Of a stretch of 64,000 nucleotides of DNA, positions 45,087 through 54,645 are shown piece by piece. The first letter of the stretch is position 1; the number at the start of each line of letters is the position of its first letter. Location of the stretch: positions 22,772 through 86,771 of the forward strand of contig JAYPXF010000001.1 in NCBI GenBank assembly GCA_038154405.1, read 5' to 3'. The DNA is from Verrucomicrobiales bacterium (GTDB lineage Bacteria > Verrucomicrobiota > Verrucomicrobiia > Limisphaerales > JAYPXF01). The position numbers and the translations under genes are program-made. The notes beneath the pieces are model-generated. The model was given only the letters and a program-made list of their open reading frames with translations. It made no database searches and had not been told where the DNA came from.

Positions 45087-47804
45087 TCACTCGAACGAAC
45101 CGGTTGCCGCCGGAGCTGCAGCCGCGGCTGATTGGTCCCCGTCCTTCACGCCCCTGATATAGAGAATCAACGCCTCGATCTGTGAATCGGTGAGCACGCC
45201 GGCGTAGCTTGGCATTGCGTATTCGCCCTTCTCGAATCCCTTCACGACCTTTGCTGTCGGATCGAGAATGGATTCCCGCAAATAAGCGACATCTGCCTTC
45301 GCCTTCGTACGTTTCTTGTCGATTACCACGTCCCGCTCGCTGCCGAACAATCCCATCCACGTCGGCCCCACCTTCGCCACGGTATCGCCGTTTACTGAGT
45401 GGCAGGCCACGCAGCCCAGCAGACCGTAGAGGCGGCGACCTTCTTCCAATGTCACCGGACCTTCCTCCTGTTTGACCAGTGCACGAGGTGTGAGGTCGAC
45501 CTTGATGTCACCAAAGCCTTCTTTGCGCGGATCGAACGGCGCCAACGAATGAGGCGTCGTATAGGCGTTCTTTTCGAACGGCTGGCCATTCGCAGTCTTG
45601 AGCGACCAGCCGATACGGAACTGCTGCACCGGTTTCATTTCCGGGATGCCGACAAACACACTGAGTCCGTTCTTGGACAGATAGGCGCTGCTCGCCGCGT
45701 GCCAGTCGATGCCCGGTTTGCCATCCGCCTTGTACTGCGCGGAGCCGTACTTGTAGCTGCGTTGGTAGCCCCAACTCGCAATCGAATAGTTGTCCGGATT
45801 GGAAGCCTGCTGGCGATCCAGCGTCACGCCGAACTTCAGCAACACGCCCTTGTCCATCGGGATGACTTTCTTCGGCAAAGTGACGCGCCGACCAGTGTAG
45901 CGCACGCGACTCATGCCGGCGAGGCGGCTCAGAGCATTTCCCCAGCCTTGGATCTGGAAGCCGGCGACATACAGCTGTCCATCGTTCGGATTCACGGAAC
46001 CGTTCAACGGCGGATGTTGAAAACCGGTGGTGACGCTGCTCAACGCCGCCTGCAGTTTCGGTCCTCGATCGTTGAGCATGATCTTGAAGACCTCTGGTCG
46101 GGTGAAGCCGATGTGGATCAGCTCGTTGTTGAGCGCTCCCAGTTTCGCATCGAACAACCACACCTGCGATATGGCTGAGGCATTCACTGAATGCGGCATC
46201 CAGGTCATCGGGGCCGCAATGGGTGCGGGATACTTCTCGCGACCATGAATCCCATCATCGATGTAGCCGTAAAACTGTCCGTCACGCACCTCGTGCAACG
46301 GCGTGCTCGGAATGTATTGCCCTTCCTGATCACCGGATGTCACCAACCCCGTACGGATGTTCACGCCCACGGCCGGTTGCCGGAAGCCGTAGCCGAGCAC
46401 GGTTGCCTTGCGACCATTCTTGGAGATGCGCAACACGCTGCCGTTGTGTTTGCCGTAGGTCTTCTGCTGCCCACCTTTCGCGATCACGAACTCGCCATTC
46501 GGCGCATTGCGAATCGTGCTGGGAAACTCGCGCAGGTCGATCGTCTGCCCAAAGGCGTTGGAGAACAGTTCGTGCACATCCGCTTCGCCATCGCCATTGG
46601 TGTCCTTGAGTTTCCAGATGCCGTTCTTGTCGAACACAAAGATCTCACCATCGCGAATGGCACAGGTCATCGGCTCATGCAGACCGGCGGCGAAGCGACG
46701 CCAGCGGATTTCCTCGAGCGAATCTTTCAGACCTTCCACCAACCAAACGTCGCCATCGAGGCAAGGCACGACACCGGTACCGTTCGGCAGGAACTGGATG
46801 TCGCCTGGGCGGATGTTCCGCTTCCACGGATTCGGGAGCGGCAGGGCAATGTCATCGACCACGTAGGCACCCTTGGCCTTGGACAGCACCGCCTTGGTGA
46901 CCACCGATTCCGGCCAACGAACATCGGGCAGAGTCTTTGGAATCCGCACCCAGCGCTTGCCCGTCTGGAAACTGTGTTCATCGTGATACACCCGGAACTC
47001 CACCGGTTCGTCGTGCGGTTTCAGAGTCACGTGGTAGACGTCTCGCCAGTCGCGATTGCCGGACTTGTTGTGCTCCATGTCGACCGGTGCATCATTTATT
47101 GTGGCGAGGGAAAACGTCCATGCCTGACGGCCCATGCCCACTGCCATCACCAGTGGCTGTTTGGAAGGTCCGACGCGGAACTTGCGTTGGATCGAATGTT
47201 TCTGCGCCTCCTCCACGTACGTCACCCATTCCTCGATCTTGGTGCCGGCCACTTCGTATTCGAGCACCACACCTTCATTGATCAACCGCACCGCGAGGAA
47301 GCGTCCCAGCTTCCACGGCAAACCTCCGCGTCCGACTTCATTGGGATCGGGTGCGGGCGTGCGCGGATCGACCAGCTTCGGTTTTTCGCCCACCTGCCAG
47401 CCGGGATAGATGCCGTTGGCGATGAACGGTTTGCCAAGTGGTTTGGGCGCCAGCATGCCGCCGCGCGTCTTGCTGCCCCACGGGTGATAGGACTTCTGCG
47501 CCAGGCCATCCTCGGTCACGGCCTTGCCATGCCACATGGCGGACATCCGCAGCAGATCGATATCGAAACAGGCCCAGCAATCGTTTCCGAGATTCAGGAT
47601 GATACCGCGTGGCGTGAGATTGTTCTTCAACAGTTCGTGTTCGTTGTCGCGGGCATCCAACGTGGAGGAAAAGAACGGGAAGTCCGGCTCGATCCATTCG
47701 GCATAGGGTGTCACGCGCGCCTCGGACTGTTTCTTCTTCGCCGCGGACACTGGTTGCAGTGCGAATGTGAGACTGAGCAGGACAAGTGAAAATCTGGTTA
47801 TCAT
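45087..47804 (-). CDS. secreted 905-aa protein with C-terminal cytochrome c domain (PVC-type heme-binding domain protein)
   Basis: Signal peptide MITRFSLVLLSLTFALQPVSAA. C-terminal LLGCVACHSVNGD (CxxCH) with distal AMPSYAG. Beta-propeller-like middle region. Confidence 0.75.
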   Translation of the reverse strand: MITRFSLVLLSLTFALQPVSAAKKKQSEARVTPYAEWIEPDFPFFSSTLDARDNEHELLKNNLTPRGIILNLGNDCWACFDIDLLRMSAMWHGKAVTEDGLAQKSYHPWGSKTRGGMLAPKPLGKPFIANGIYPGWQVGEKPKLVDPRTPAPDPNEVGRGGLPWKLGRFLAVRLINEGVVLEYEVAGTKIEEWVTYVEEAQKHSIQRKFRVGPSKQPLVMAVGMGRQAWTFSLATINDAPVDMEHNKSGNRDWRDVYHVTLKPHDEPVEFRVYHDEHSFQTGKRWVRIPKTLPDVRWPESVVTKAVLSKAKGAYVVDDIALPLPNPWKRNIRPGDIQFLPNGTGVVPCLDGDVWLVEGLKDSLEEIRWRRFAAGLHEPMTCAIRDGEIFVFDKNGIWKLKDTNGDGEADVHELFSNAFGQTIDLREFPSTIRNAPNGEFVIAKGGQQKTYGKHNGSVLRISKNGRKATVLGYGFRQPAVGVNIRTGLVTSGDQEGQYIPSTPLHEVRDGQFYGYIDDGIHGREKYPAPIAAPMTWMPHSVNASAISQVWLFDAKLGALNNELIHIGFTRPEVFKIMLNDRGPKLQAALSSVTTGFQHPPLNGSVNPNDGQLYVAGFQIQGWGNALSRLAGMSRVRYTGRRVTLPKKVIPMDKGVLLKFGVTLDRQQASNPDNYSIASWGYQRSYKYGSAQYKADGKPGIDWHAASSAYLSKNGLSVFVGIPEMKPVQQFRIGWSLKTANGQPFEKNAYTTPHSLAPFDPRKEGFGDIKVDLTPRALVKQEEGPVTLEEGRRLYGLLGCVACHSVNGDTVAKVGPTWMGLFGSERDVVIDKKRTKAKADVAYLRESILDPTAKVVKGFEKGEYAMPSYAGVLTDSQIEALILYIRGVKDGDQSAAAAAPAATGSFE

Positions 47805-47846
47805 GGAATTGGATCAGTTTCGACGCGACCCGCGCCGACCGCATTC

Positions 47847-47872
47847 GTAGCAGCGAACGCAAGTTCGCTCAC
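47847..47872. repeat. GTAG-type hairpin downstream of the minus-strand ORF ending at 47910
   Basis: GTAGC-AGCGAAC-gcaa-GTTCGCT-CAC, a 7-bp perfect stem with a tetraloop. Confidence 0.4.
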
Positions 47873-47909
47873 TCAAAAATGAAGGGTGTCGTCAACGACA
47901 CCAGCGAAA

Positions 47910-48337
47910 TTACCGTTGGCGAAAATCGACTGCCTTCAGAAAGCCTTCCCGTGTCTTGTGTTCGTCGCAGATCGATTGCATTTCCGATCGCGTAAGCGAC
48001 CCACCTGTGTGGGTTTCGGCAAACTCGTTAACCAGAATGAGGTGACGAGTGCCGCCGGGTCCGGCCGCCACCCAATTGTCCGTTTCTCCCTTCCATCGGA
48101 TCATTGGTGGTCGCGCATAGGAGGCGTTCAGATGAGCGACACGAGCAGCGATGACATTCCATGACCGGCGGCCATTGCGTTGGATGGCCATTCTCCAAGA
48201 TGTTTCAGCGCGATCTCCATGGCGGATTCCGCGTCATCGAGTTCACCGGGAATCAGCTGAGGACGCATTCCGATGTCATCGCACGAGATCAGATCATCCT
48301 GATCGATGCCATAACGGTATGCAGCCCCGCCGTTCAC
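47910..48337 (-). pseudogene. unrecognised gene apparently split into two overlapping frames (ORFs 48128..48337 and 47910..48191)
   Basis: Both ORFs have coding-like composition (MNGGAAYRYGIDQDDLISCDDIGMRPQLIPGELDDAESAMEIALKHLGEW... / ...NVIAARVAHLNASYARPPMIRWKGETDNWVAAGPGGTRHLILVNEF...). No domain recognised. The single-gene interpretation is speculative. Confidence 0.3.
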
Positions 48338-48420
48338 CGGAAGAAGGTTGACTCAATATGGCCGAAGCACAATCAGCGCGGTGCCTACATCCCGGAGAGG
48401 TGCTGGATAGAGATTACTCC

Positions 48421-48714
48421 CTAAAAGTAGTCGTCCCGATGTGAACCATCGTATCTGCCGGACTTCAGGCAGCAGGCTTTGAAGCGACGGCCGGAGCCGC
48501 AGGGGCAGAGGTCGTTGCGGCCGAGCTTCTCGCCGTGTACGCCGCGCGCGCCTTTGCCGACCTGGGTTTCGGATGGGAATCCTTTCCGACGCTTGCCGGT
48601 GCGTTCGAAAAAAAAGCCATGTCTTCGTAGTGTTCGCGTTCGCGCATGGTTACTCCTTTGTCGAGTTGGACGGCGAAACGACGACAGAAATCCGCGATGT
48701 AAACCGGACTTCAT
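48421..48714 (-). CDS. small SEC-C motif protein; N-terminus ambiguous because of an A8/T8 tract
   Basis: C-terminal [16 protein letters not shown] (SEC-C). An alternative start ATG 48647 ([13 protein letters not shown]) is in another frame and would join across the homopolymer 48608-48615 if it were 9 nt long. Confidence 0.6.
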   Translation of the reverse strand: MKSGLHRGFLSSFRRPTRQRSNHARTRTLRRHGFFFERTGKRRKGFPSETQVGKGARGVHGEKLGRNDLCPCGSGRRFKACCLKSGRYDGSHRDDYF

Positions 48715-48873
48715 TCGCTTCCGGCGTAAAGACCGTTCACGCCAATGGAATGCGAAGGAAGATTGCGAAGGAGAGTAATCAGTAACCGGTCATCAGAGAT
48801 CAGTGCTGGCGCAAGAGAGTCCGATTACTGACCTCTGATCGCTGATTACATTGTTACGGTGCCACCATCTTGT

Positions 48874-49455
48874 TCACCGGCCGGCATGAAGCCACGGATG
48901 CAGCCAGCGCGTGAGCGTGGGCATGATCGGCCAGGTGAGCAGGACGGAGAGAAGACATACCGAGATGAATAGGTCCAGATCGGGATGCAGGTTCAGCGGA
49001 GACAGCACGGGCGTGGTGACCCAACGCAACAGAATGATGGACGGGTAGACCGCCAGGACACTGGTGGCGATGAGCTTCCATGCCGGTGGCGTTCGTTCCG
49101 TCGGCTCAGGGGATGCGAACCAGAGTTCCACCCCTTCACAGGGTGTGTGATGGGTTCGTTCCTCGATGAATCCCGTGCATAGGTCGATCCAGTGACGATA
49201 CTCATCGGACGCGTGCCAGCGGTTCAGATTCTCCGCGGTGTCGAACTTGAGAATGATGAGGTATTCCGGACGGTCACGGCTGCGTGGTTCCACCACCTGC
49301 CGGGCGCGAAATCCGGGTGCCTTTCTGGCCGCCGCGCAGATGCCAGCCGACCAGGCCTGATATTCCTCGATGCGATCGGGCCGGACGATTTCAGAAATGA
49401 CCAGACCCACGCCGCTGGCGGGTTGCGGGTCGGAAGGCGCATCGTTCATGCGCAA
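48874..49455 (-). CDS. antibiotic-biosynthesis-monooxygenase (ABM)-like domain fused to a C-terminal membrane segment
   Basis: Ferredoxin-like ABM block (LVISEIVRPDRIEEYQAWS...YLIILKFDTAENLNRWHASDEYRHWID) followed by hydrophobic helices (WKLIATSVLAVYPSIILL, LFISVCLLSVLLTWPIM). Confidence 0.65.
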   Translation of the reverse strand: MRMNDAPSDPQPASGVGLVISEIVRPDRIEEYQAWSAGICAAARKAPGFRARQVVEPRSRDRPEYLIILKFDTAENLNRWHASDEYRHWIDLCTGFIEERTHHTPCEGVELWFASPEPTERTPPAWKLIATSVLAVYPSIILLRWVTTPVLSPLNLHPDLDLFISVCLLSVLLTWPIMPTLTRWLHPWLHAGR

Positions 49456-49497
49456 AGAAGATCTTGTGGGAATGGTCGCTGTCCAGCCAAATGCCGA

Positions 49498-50028
49498 TCA
49501 CTTCTCATGACGGATGTGCCAACGACCGCGGCCGTTGTTCTCGACATCCACAGAATAGGTCTTGGCGGTCTGGCCATCGGGAGTGGCGGGTTGCATCGAG
49601 TACTCGACGTCGATGTACAGTTCCAGCCGCTTGCCTGTGTCCCCGCGAGTTCGACGGCGGGCGGTGAGATCTTCGATCTTCAGGGAGTCGATGACCTTGA
49701 TTACGGACTGCAGTTTCTCGGCCACTTCGGGCTTGGACGCCGGATCATCGCCGAGCTGTTCCAGCAACGGATTCTGAAAACGCTTGCGGTAATCGATCAG
49801 GATCTCACTGCGGATCTCCTTCTTGCCCTTCGTCTCCGGGACCTTGTCCGAAAGCGTGGTGACACCGCCGGACCGCAACATCTCCTACAGTCCGGACGGT
49901 CCCTTCACCACGAGGACACCCCCGATCACGACAATGGCGGCGATGATACCGGCTGGCCCCTTCAATTCGAACTTCTGCCCCATGGACAAGATGATCGTGC
50001 CACTTTGCTGAGCGCGGCCGAGACGCAT
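49498..50028 (-). pseudogene. hypothetical membrane-anchored protein interrupted by an in-frame TAG (49887-49885)
   Basis: ATG 50028 (3 nt after the selO stop) gives MRLGRAQQSGTIILSMGQKFELKGPAGIIAAIVVIGGVLVVKGPSGL, then TAG, then in the same frame EMLRSGGVTTLSDKVPETKGKKEIRSEILIDYRK... (= ORF 49498..49881). Confidence 0.45.
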
Positions 50029-50030
50029 CG

Positions 50031-51491
50031 TCAGGTGCCGCAGAAGGTGGCACACACAATTTCGTCGGGTTTGGGCGCGGCTTCAAATTCCGTAAACTCA
50101 GGCTGTTCCGTGAAGGGCTTCTTTAGCACGTCGTTCAGCCGATGGAACGGTTCGTAGTCCCCTTGGTACGCCGCGGCGATGACTTCCTCGATGCGATGAT
50201 TGCGCGGGATGTAGATGGGATTGGTCTGGCGCATCAGTTTGCCGGCATCAGCGCGTTGCGACTCGGCGATGCGATCCCGCCACTGTTTCAGCCAGTCGTT
50301 CAGTTTCTCGGATGATGAGAACAATTCGGCCAACGGTTCATCGTTGCCGGACTTTAAGGCGGCGGGCAATCGGCGGAACACCAGGGTGAAATCCGCTCTG
50401 CCCTCGGCCATCGCAACCAGCAGCGCCTGCGCGAGTTCCCAGTCGTCCTCGCTTTCACCGGCCAGACCGATTTTGGCATTGAAGCGGCGGCGCAGGGCCG
50501 CGTTGTGCAGATCGGCAAACCGATCGAGTGATGATTCCGCGATCGAAATCGCCTGCTTGCGATCGGTGTGCAGCAGTGGCAGGAGGGTTTCGGCCAGGCG
50601 GGTCAGATTCCACTGGGCGATGGGACCCTGGTTGGCGAAGGCATAGCGTCCCTGATGATCGATGGAACTGAACTTCTTCTGCGGATGGTATTCATCCATG
50701 AAGGCGCAGGGTCCAAAGTCGATCGTCTCGCCGGACACGTTCATGTTGTCCGTGTTCATCACGCCGTGAATGAAACCCAGGGACATCCATTGCGCGACCA
50801 GTTCGGCCTGGCGCTCAATCACGCTGTCCAGCAGCGCACGAAAGGGTTCCTTTGATTCTCGCGCGTTGGGGTAGAGACGGTTGATGACATAGTCCGCCAG
50901 AATGCGAAGATTGTCTTCGTCGCTGCGGGCGGCAAACCATTGGAACGTGCCGACGCGCATGTGCGATCTCGCAATGCGCGTAAATACGCCACCGGGAACG
51001 GGTGTTTCGCGAAACACCTGATCGCCGCTGGCAATGGCCGCCAAAGCGCGCGTGGTCGGAACCCCGAGCGCGTGCATCGCCTCCGAAACGATGTATTCGC
51101 GCAATACGGGGCCGAGCGCCGAAAGACCATCGCCCCGACGTGAAAAGGGTGTCTGACCGGAACCTTTCAGCTGGATGTCACGACGCACGCCGTTGCGGTC
51201 CACCACTTCACCGAGCAGCAGCGCCCGACCATCTCCAAGCTGCGGAACGAAGTTTCCGAACTGATGTCCGCAATAGGCCATCGCAATCGGCTCGGCCCCT
51301 TCCGCGATTCGATTGCCGGACAGGTATTCGAGAGCTTCCCCGCCTTCAAGTCGTTCGCGATCGAGACCGAGTTCCTCGGCGAGCTCAGGATTGAAGCGGA
51401 TCAACTCCGGCGCACCGACCTTGGCCGGATTGACGCGGGCGCCAAATGCCTCGGGCAGGCGGGCGTAGGTATTGTCAAACTTGAATGGCAT
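50031..51491 (-). CDS. selO: protein adenylyltransferase SelO (YdiU/UPF0061)
   Basis: MPFKFDNTYARLPEAF..., YCGHQFGNF.PQLGDGRALLLGE, HGVMNTDNM. 486 aa. Confidence 0.9.
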   Translation of the reverse strand: MPFKFDNTYARLPEAFGARVNPAKVGAPELIRFNPELAEELGLDRERLEGGEALEYLSGNRIAEGAEPIAMAYCGHQFGNFVPQLGDGRALLLGEVVDRNGVRRDIQLKGSGQTPFSRRGDGLSALGPVLREYIVSEAMHALGVPTTRALAAIASGDQVFRETPVPGGVFTRIARSHMRVGTFQWFAARSDEDNLRILADYVINRLYPNARESKEPFRALLDSVIERQAELVAQWMSLGFIHGVMNTDNMNVSGETIDFGPCAFMDEYHPQKKFSSIDHQGRYAFANQGPIAQWNLTRLAETLLPLLHTDRKQAISIAESSLDRFADLHNAALRRRFNAKIGLAGESEDDWELAQALLVAMAEGRADFTLVFRRLPAALKSGNDEPLAELFSSSEKLNDWLKQWRDRIAESQRADAGKLMRQTNPIYIPRNHRIEEVIAAAYQGDYEPFHRLNDVLKKPFTEQPEFTEFEAAPKPDEIVCATFCGT

Positions 51492-51558
51492 GTCTTGCAG
51501 GCGCGGTCGGGTGACTTAACAGGGTTGATGTGCGGTGGCAACGAGTTAGGGTCGGCAC

Positions 51559-53034
51559 ATGCGCAATTCTCTGCTGTTGGCGCTGCTGGCCCTTGTTGTT
51601 GCCGGTGATCTGAAATCGGCTGACCGGCCGCCGAACTTCGTTTTGGTGTTCGTCGATGACCTTGGCTATGCCGACATCGGCTGCTTCGGATCGCCGGACA
51701 TCCGCACGCCGCGCCTGGACCGGCTGGCCAAGAAGGGCATCCGCTTCACCCACTTCTACGCGCAACACATCTGCGGACCGTCGCGCGCCGCGTTGATGAC
51801 CGGCTGTCATCCTTTGCGCGTGGCCGAGAAGGGAAATGTGAAGGACATTCATCCGGTGTTGCACACCAAGGAGATCACCATCGCCGAGGTGCTGAAGGGC
51901 AAAGGTTATGCAACCGGTTGTTTTGGCAAGTGGGACCTTGCGCGGCACACGCAGGTGAATTTCGAGCCGGAACTTATGCCGAACGGCCAGGGCTTCGACA
52001 CGTTCTTTGGTACGCCTTCCAGCAACGATCGCTACGTTGACCTGTATCGAAATCGGGAGCGCATTGAGGAGAAGGCCGACATGGGAATGTTGACCGAACG
52101 GCATACGGATGAAGTGATTCGTTTCATCGAGAAGAACCGGGATCGTCCGTTCTTTGCCTATGTGCCTTATACAATGGTACACACGATTTTGGACGCCTCG
52201 CCAAAGTTCAAAGGCAAGTCATCACGCGGCCTGTATGGAGACGCGGTTGAAGAGATTGATTTCAATTGCGGCCGCATCATCGACACGCTCAAGAAGCTCA
52301 AGCTCGTCGACAACACTTACTTCCTGTTCACCAGTGACAACGGTCCGTGGCTGATCAAGAACAAGGACAAGGTGGATGGGCATCTCAAGACCGATCATGG
52401 TGGCTCGGCCGGTCTTTTGCGCAGCGGCAAGGTGTCGACGTGGGAAGGCGGAGTGCGGGTGCCGACGATTCTCTGGGCGCCGGGACGGGTTCCTGCTGGC
52501 AAGGTCTGCGACAAGATCGCCGCGACCATTGATGTGATGCCGACATTTGCGAAACTGGCCGGCACGAAAGCCCCGACTGACCGAGTCATTGATGGGACAG
52601 ATATCCGTCATCTGTTTGTCGGCGCATTTCATGAAGCGGATCCGGATCGGGTGTTTCGTTATTACTTCATCAACCATCTGCAGGCGGTGAGACAGGGCAA
52701 GTGGAAGCTGCATCTTCCCCGACCGGCGCGTCCCGGTTGGTTGGGACCGTTTGCGAACAACCGCCATATACATCCATCGGATTGGGCCGGGATTGAGAAG
52801 CCGTTTCTTGTGGATCTGGATGCCGATCCGGGAGAAACGAAGAGCGTTGCGGAAGCCAATCCAAAGGTCCTGGCGCATATGTTGAAACTCGCCGAAGAAG
52901 CCCGGGCGGACATTGGTGATTACAATCGAGTCGGCAAGAACATGCGGTTCTTTGACCCGTTGGAGGAGCGTCCGGCAAAGCCGCCGTTTCCACGGTTGGC
53001 GCCGAAGAAGCCGAAGAGACCCAAGAAGAAATAG
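51559..53034 (+). CDS. formylglycine-dependent arylsulfatase
   Basis: Signal peptide, PNFVLVFVDDLGYADIGCFG, signature CGPSRAALMTGCHP and SDNGPW. Confidence 0.88.
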   Translation: MRNSLLLALLALVVAGDLKSADRPPNFVLVFVDDLGYADIGCFGSPDIRTPRLDRLAKKGIRFTHFYAQHICGPSRAALMTGCHPLRVAEKGNVKDIHPVLHTKEITIAEVLKGKGYATGCFGKWDLARHTQVNFEPELMPNGQGFDTFFGTPSSNDRYVDLYRNRERIEEKADMGMLTERHTDEVIRFIEKNRDRPFFAYVPYTMVHTILDASPKFKGKSSRGLYGDAVEEIDFNCGRIIDTLKKLKLVDNTYFLFTSDNGPWLIKNKDKVDGHLKTDHGGSAGLLRSGKVSTWEGGVRVPTILWAPGRVPAGKVCDKIAATIDVMPTFAKLAGTKAPTDRVIDGTDIRHLFVGAFHEADPDRVFRYYFINHLQAVRQGKWKLHLPRPARPGWLGPFANNRHIHPSDWAGIEKPFLVDLDADPGETKSVAEANPKVLAHMLKLAEEARADIGDYNRVGKNMRFFDPLEERPAKPPFPRLAPKKPKRPKKK

Positions 53035-53231
53035 GTGTCGCCCCGGTGGGGTGCTGATTTGGGCTCGCGAGTACGATCTCCCCACCAAATGTTGGGACAG
53101 CTATCGCCACGAATCGAGAAACGGCTGCTACAAGAACACGTTCATTGCCAGCGCGAGCGGTCAAAACATCGGTGGGGCGAGAGTCCCCGCGAGCCCGCTT
53201 CAGCGTCCCGGAGGGACGACAGAACTCTCAC

Positions 53232-53558
53232 TCAACTCACACCAAGCAGTTCGACCTCGAAGATGAGGGTCGAGTTTGGCGGAATGGCGCCGGGGAAACC
53301 CTGTTCGCCGTAAGCCTTTTCCGGCGGGATGGTCAGCTTGACCTTTTCGCCGACCTTCATCTGGGCAACGCCTTCGTCCCAGCCCTTGATGACCTGGCCG
53401 ATGCCGAGGACGAATTCAAAAGGCTGGTTGCGGTCGAGGGAACTGTCGAACTTCTGGCCGTTGGTCAGAGTGCCGGTGTAGTGAACCGAGACGGTCTGGC
53501 CTTTTTGCGGGGTGACGGCGTTGGCGTCGTCGGATTTGGTGAGGTAATCGATTTGCAT
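53232..53558 (-). CDS. FKBP-type peptidyl-prolyl cis-trans isomerase
   Basis: [60 protein letters not shown]...LIFEVELL. Confidence 0.9.
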   Translation of the reverse strand: MQIDYLTKSDDANAVTPQKGQTVSVHYTGTLTNGQKFDSSLDRNQPFEFVLGIGQVIKGWDEGVAQMKVGEKVKLTIPPEKAYGEQGFPGAIPPNSTLIFEVELLGVS

Positions 53559-53599
53559 TTTCTAAAGCGTTCTTTGTTCTTGGTTTCTCGTGCGACGAC

Positions 53600-54571
53600 C
53601 TACTTGGGAAGCCACTTCTTCCAGTTCTGGGCGAACTCCTCGACGTTCTTCTGGGTGACGGCAGTCAGGGGGAAGTTGTCGATGGCGTTTCTGGGTTTCT
53701 TGCGAAGGTGAACCTTGTTGATGACGTGTTCCACGCTCTTGTAGCCGTAGCCGTAAACGTCTTGTGAGAGCAACAGCGGAACGTGGCCGCTGCGGACGTA
53801 GTCGAGCTGTTGCGGGAGGGCATCGACACAGACGCACTTGACGGTGCCCGGTTTCCATTTGAGGGCATCGTCGGTGAAGAGCGGCCAACCGCCGAGCAAT
53901 CCCCAGCCGGTGATTTCCGGATGAGCCTGCATGACCTGCTCGATGCGGGCGACAGCGTCCTGCGGAGTTTCTTTGTGGTAGTAGACGTCAAGCAGCTTGA
54001 TGCCCGGGAAATCTTTGGCGGCAGCCCGGAATCCCTTCTCACGTTGCTGGAGGTTCTGCGCATTCGGGTTGCCGTCGATCGCGGCAACGACGCCCTTGCC
54101 CTTCAGGAGTTTGGCCAGTTCCAAGAAGGTCTGGCGGCCGCATTCGAAATCGTCGATGCCGACGGCGACCGTACGTTTGCTGCGGGGTGCATCGCCGGAA
54201 AAGGTTACGACCGGCACGCCGTAACGTTCCGCCTTGTTGATGGAGTCGGTGAGCTTGTTGGCGTCGGAGCAGCTAATGATGACGCCGTCGGCGCCGTTGA
54301 GCAGGAGCTGTTCGATGATTTCGGCCTGCCGCTGCGAGTCCTCCTGATTGGGGGAACGCCAGTCGATCTTGATCTTGATGCCATACTTCTTGCCCAAGTC
54401 GCGGGCGGCGTCATTCGCGCCGACCCGGGAGGCCTCGAAGAACGGGTTGCCCTGCGATTTGGCGATCATGCCGATGACGTAAGAGCGCGCGGCGTCGGCG
54501 GGTGTCGCCGCAAAAAGGCTTATGGCAAGCAGGGGAAGAAGACGCTGAAGGAATTTCATGGCGCGGAGCAT
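53600..54571 (-). CDS. orphan sugar-binding periplasmic protein (type I PBP, RbsB/LsrB-like)
   Basis: Signal peptide MLRAMKFLQRLLPLLAISLFAATPADA. IGMIAKSQGNPFFEASRVGANDAARDLG... No adjacent permease or ATPase. Confidence 0.8.
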   Translation of the reverse strand: MLRAMKFLQRLLPLLAISLFAATPADAARSYVIGMIAKSQGNPFFEASRVGANDAARDLGKKYGIKIKIDWRSPNQEDSQRQAEIIEQLLLNGADGVIISCSDANKLTDSINKAERYGVPVVTFSGDAPRSKRTVAVGIDDFECGRQTFLELAKLLKGKGVVAAIDGNPNAQNLQQREKGFRAAAKDFPGIKLLDVYYHKETPQDAVARIEQVMQAHPEITGWGLLGGWPLFTDDALKWKPGTVKCVCVDALPQQLDYVRSGHVPLLLSQDVYGYGYKSVEHVINKVHLRKKPRNAIDNFPLTAVTQKNVEEFAQNWKKWLPK

Positions 54572-54645
54572 AACGGTGAAATCGGAAATGCCAATTTAAG
54601 TTTGAGCCGGGAAGGTCCGGTCCGCACACAAGCCGCTTCAACCGC

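Noticed and set aside
46191-47789. 532-aa + strand ORF opposite the 905-aa cytochrome c gene. Similar long antisense ORFs occur at 17484..18791, 32096..33415, 53783..55258, 15907..16854, 8902..9777, 35082..36077, 36600..37433, 37442..38437, 59152..60114, 60872..61774, 13099..13821, 4899..5750 and 25889..26719.
   Set aside because: All lie antisense to ORFs with recognisable domains or signal peptides. Their products are Arg/Gly/His-rich with no motifs. These are interpreted as GC-driven shadow ORFs.
24334-49887. Possibility that in-frame TAG/TAA codons reflect stop-codon reassignment or Pyl/readthrough coding
   Set aside because: TAG and TAA also terminate many intact, well-conserved genes in this window (e.g. 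10288, 15013, 20815c, 22101, 23742, 28229, 28899, 40082). No pyl-type context was seen. Nonsense mutation is the simpler explanation.
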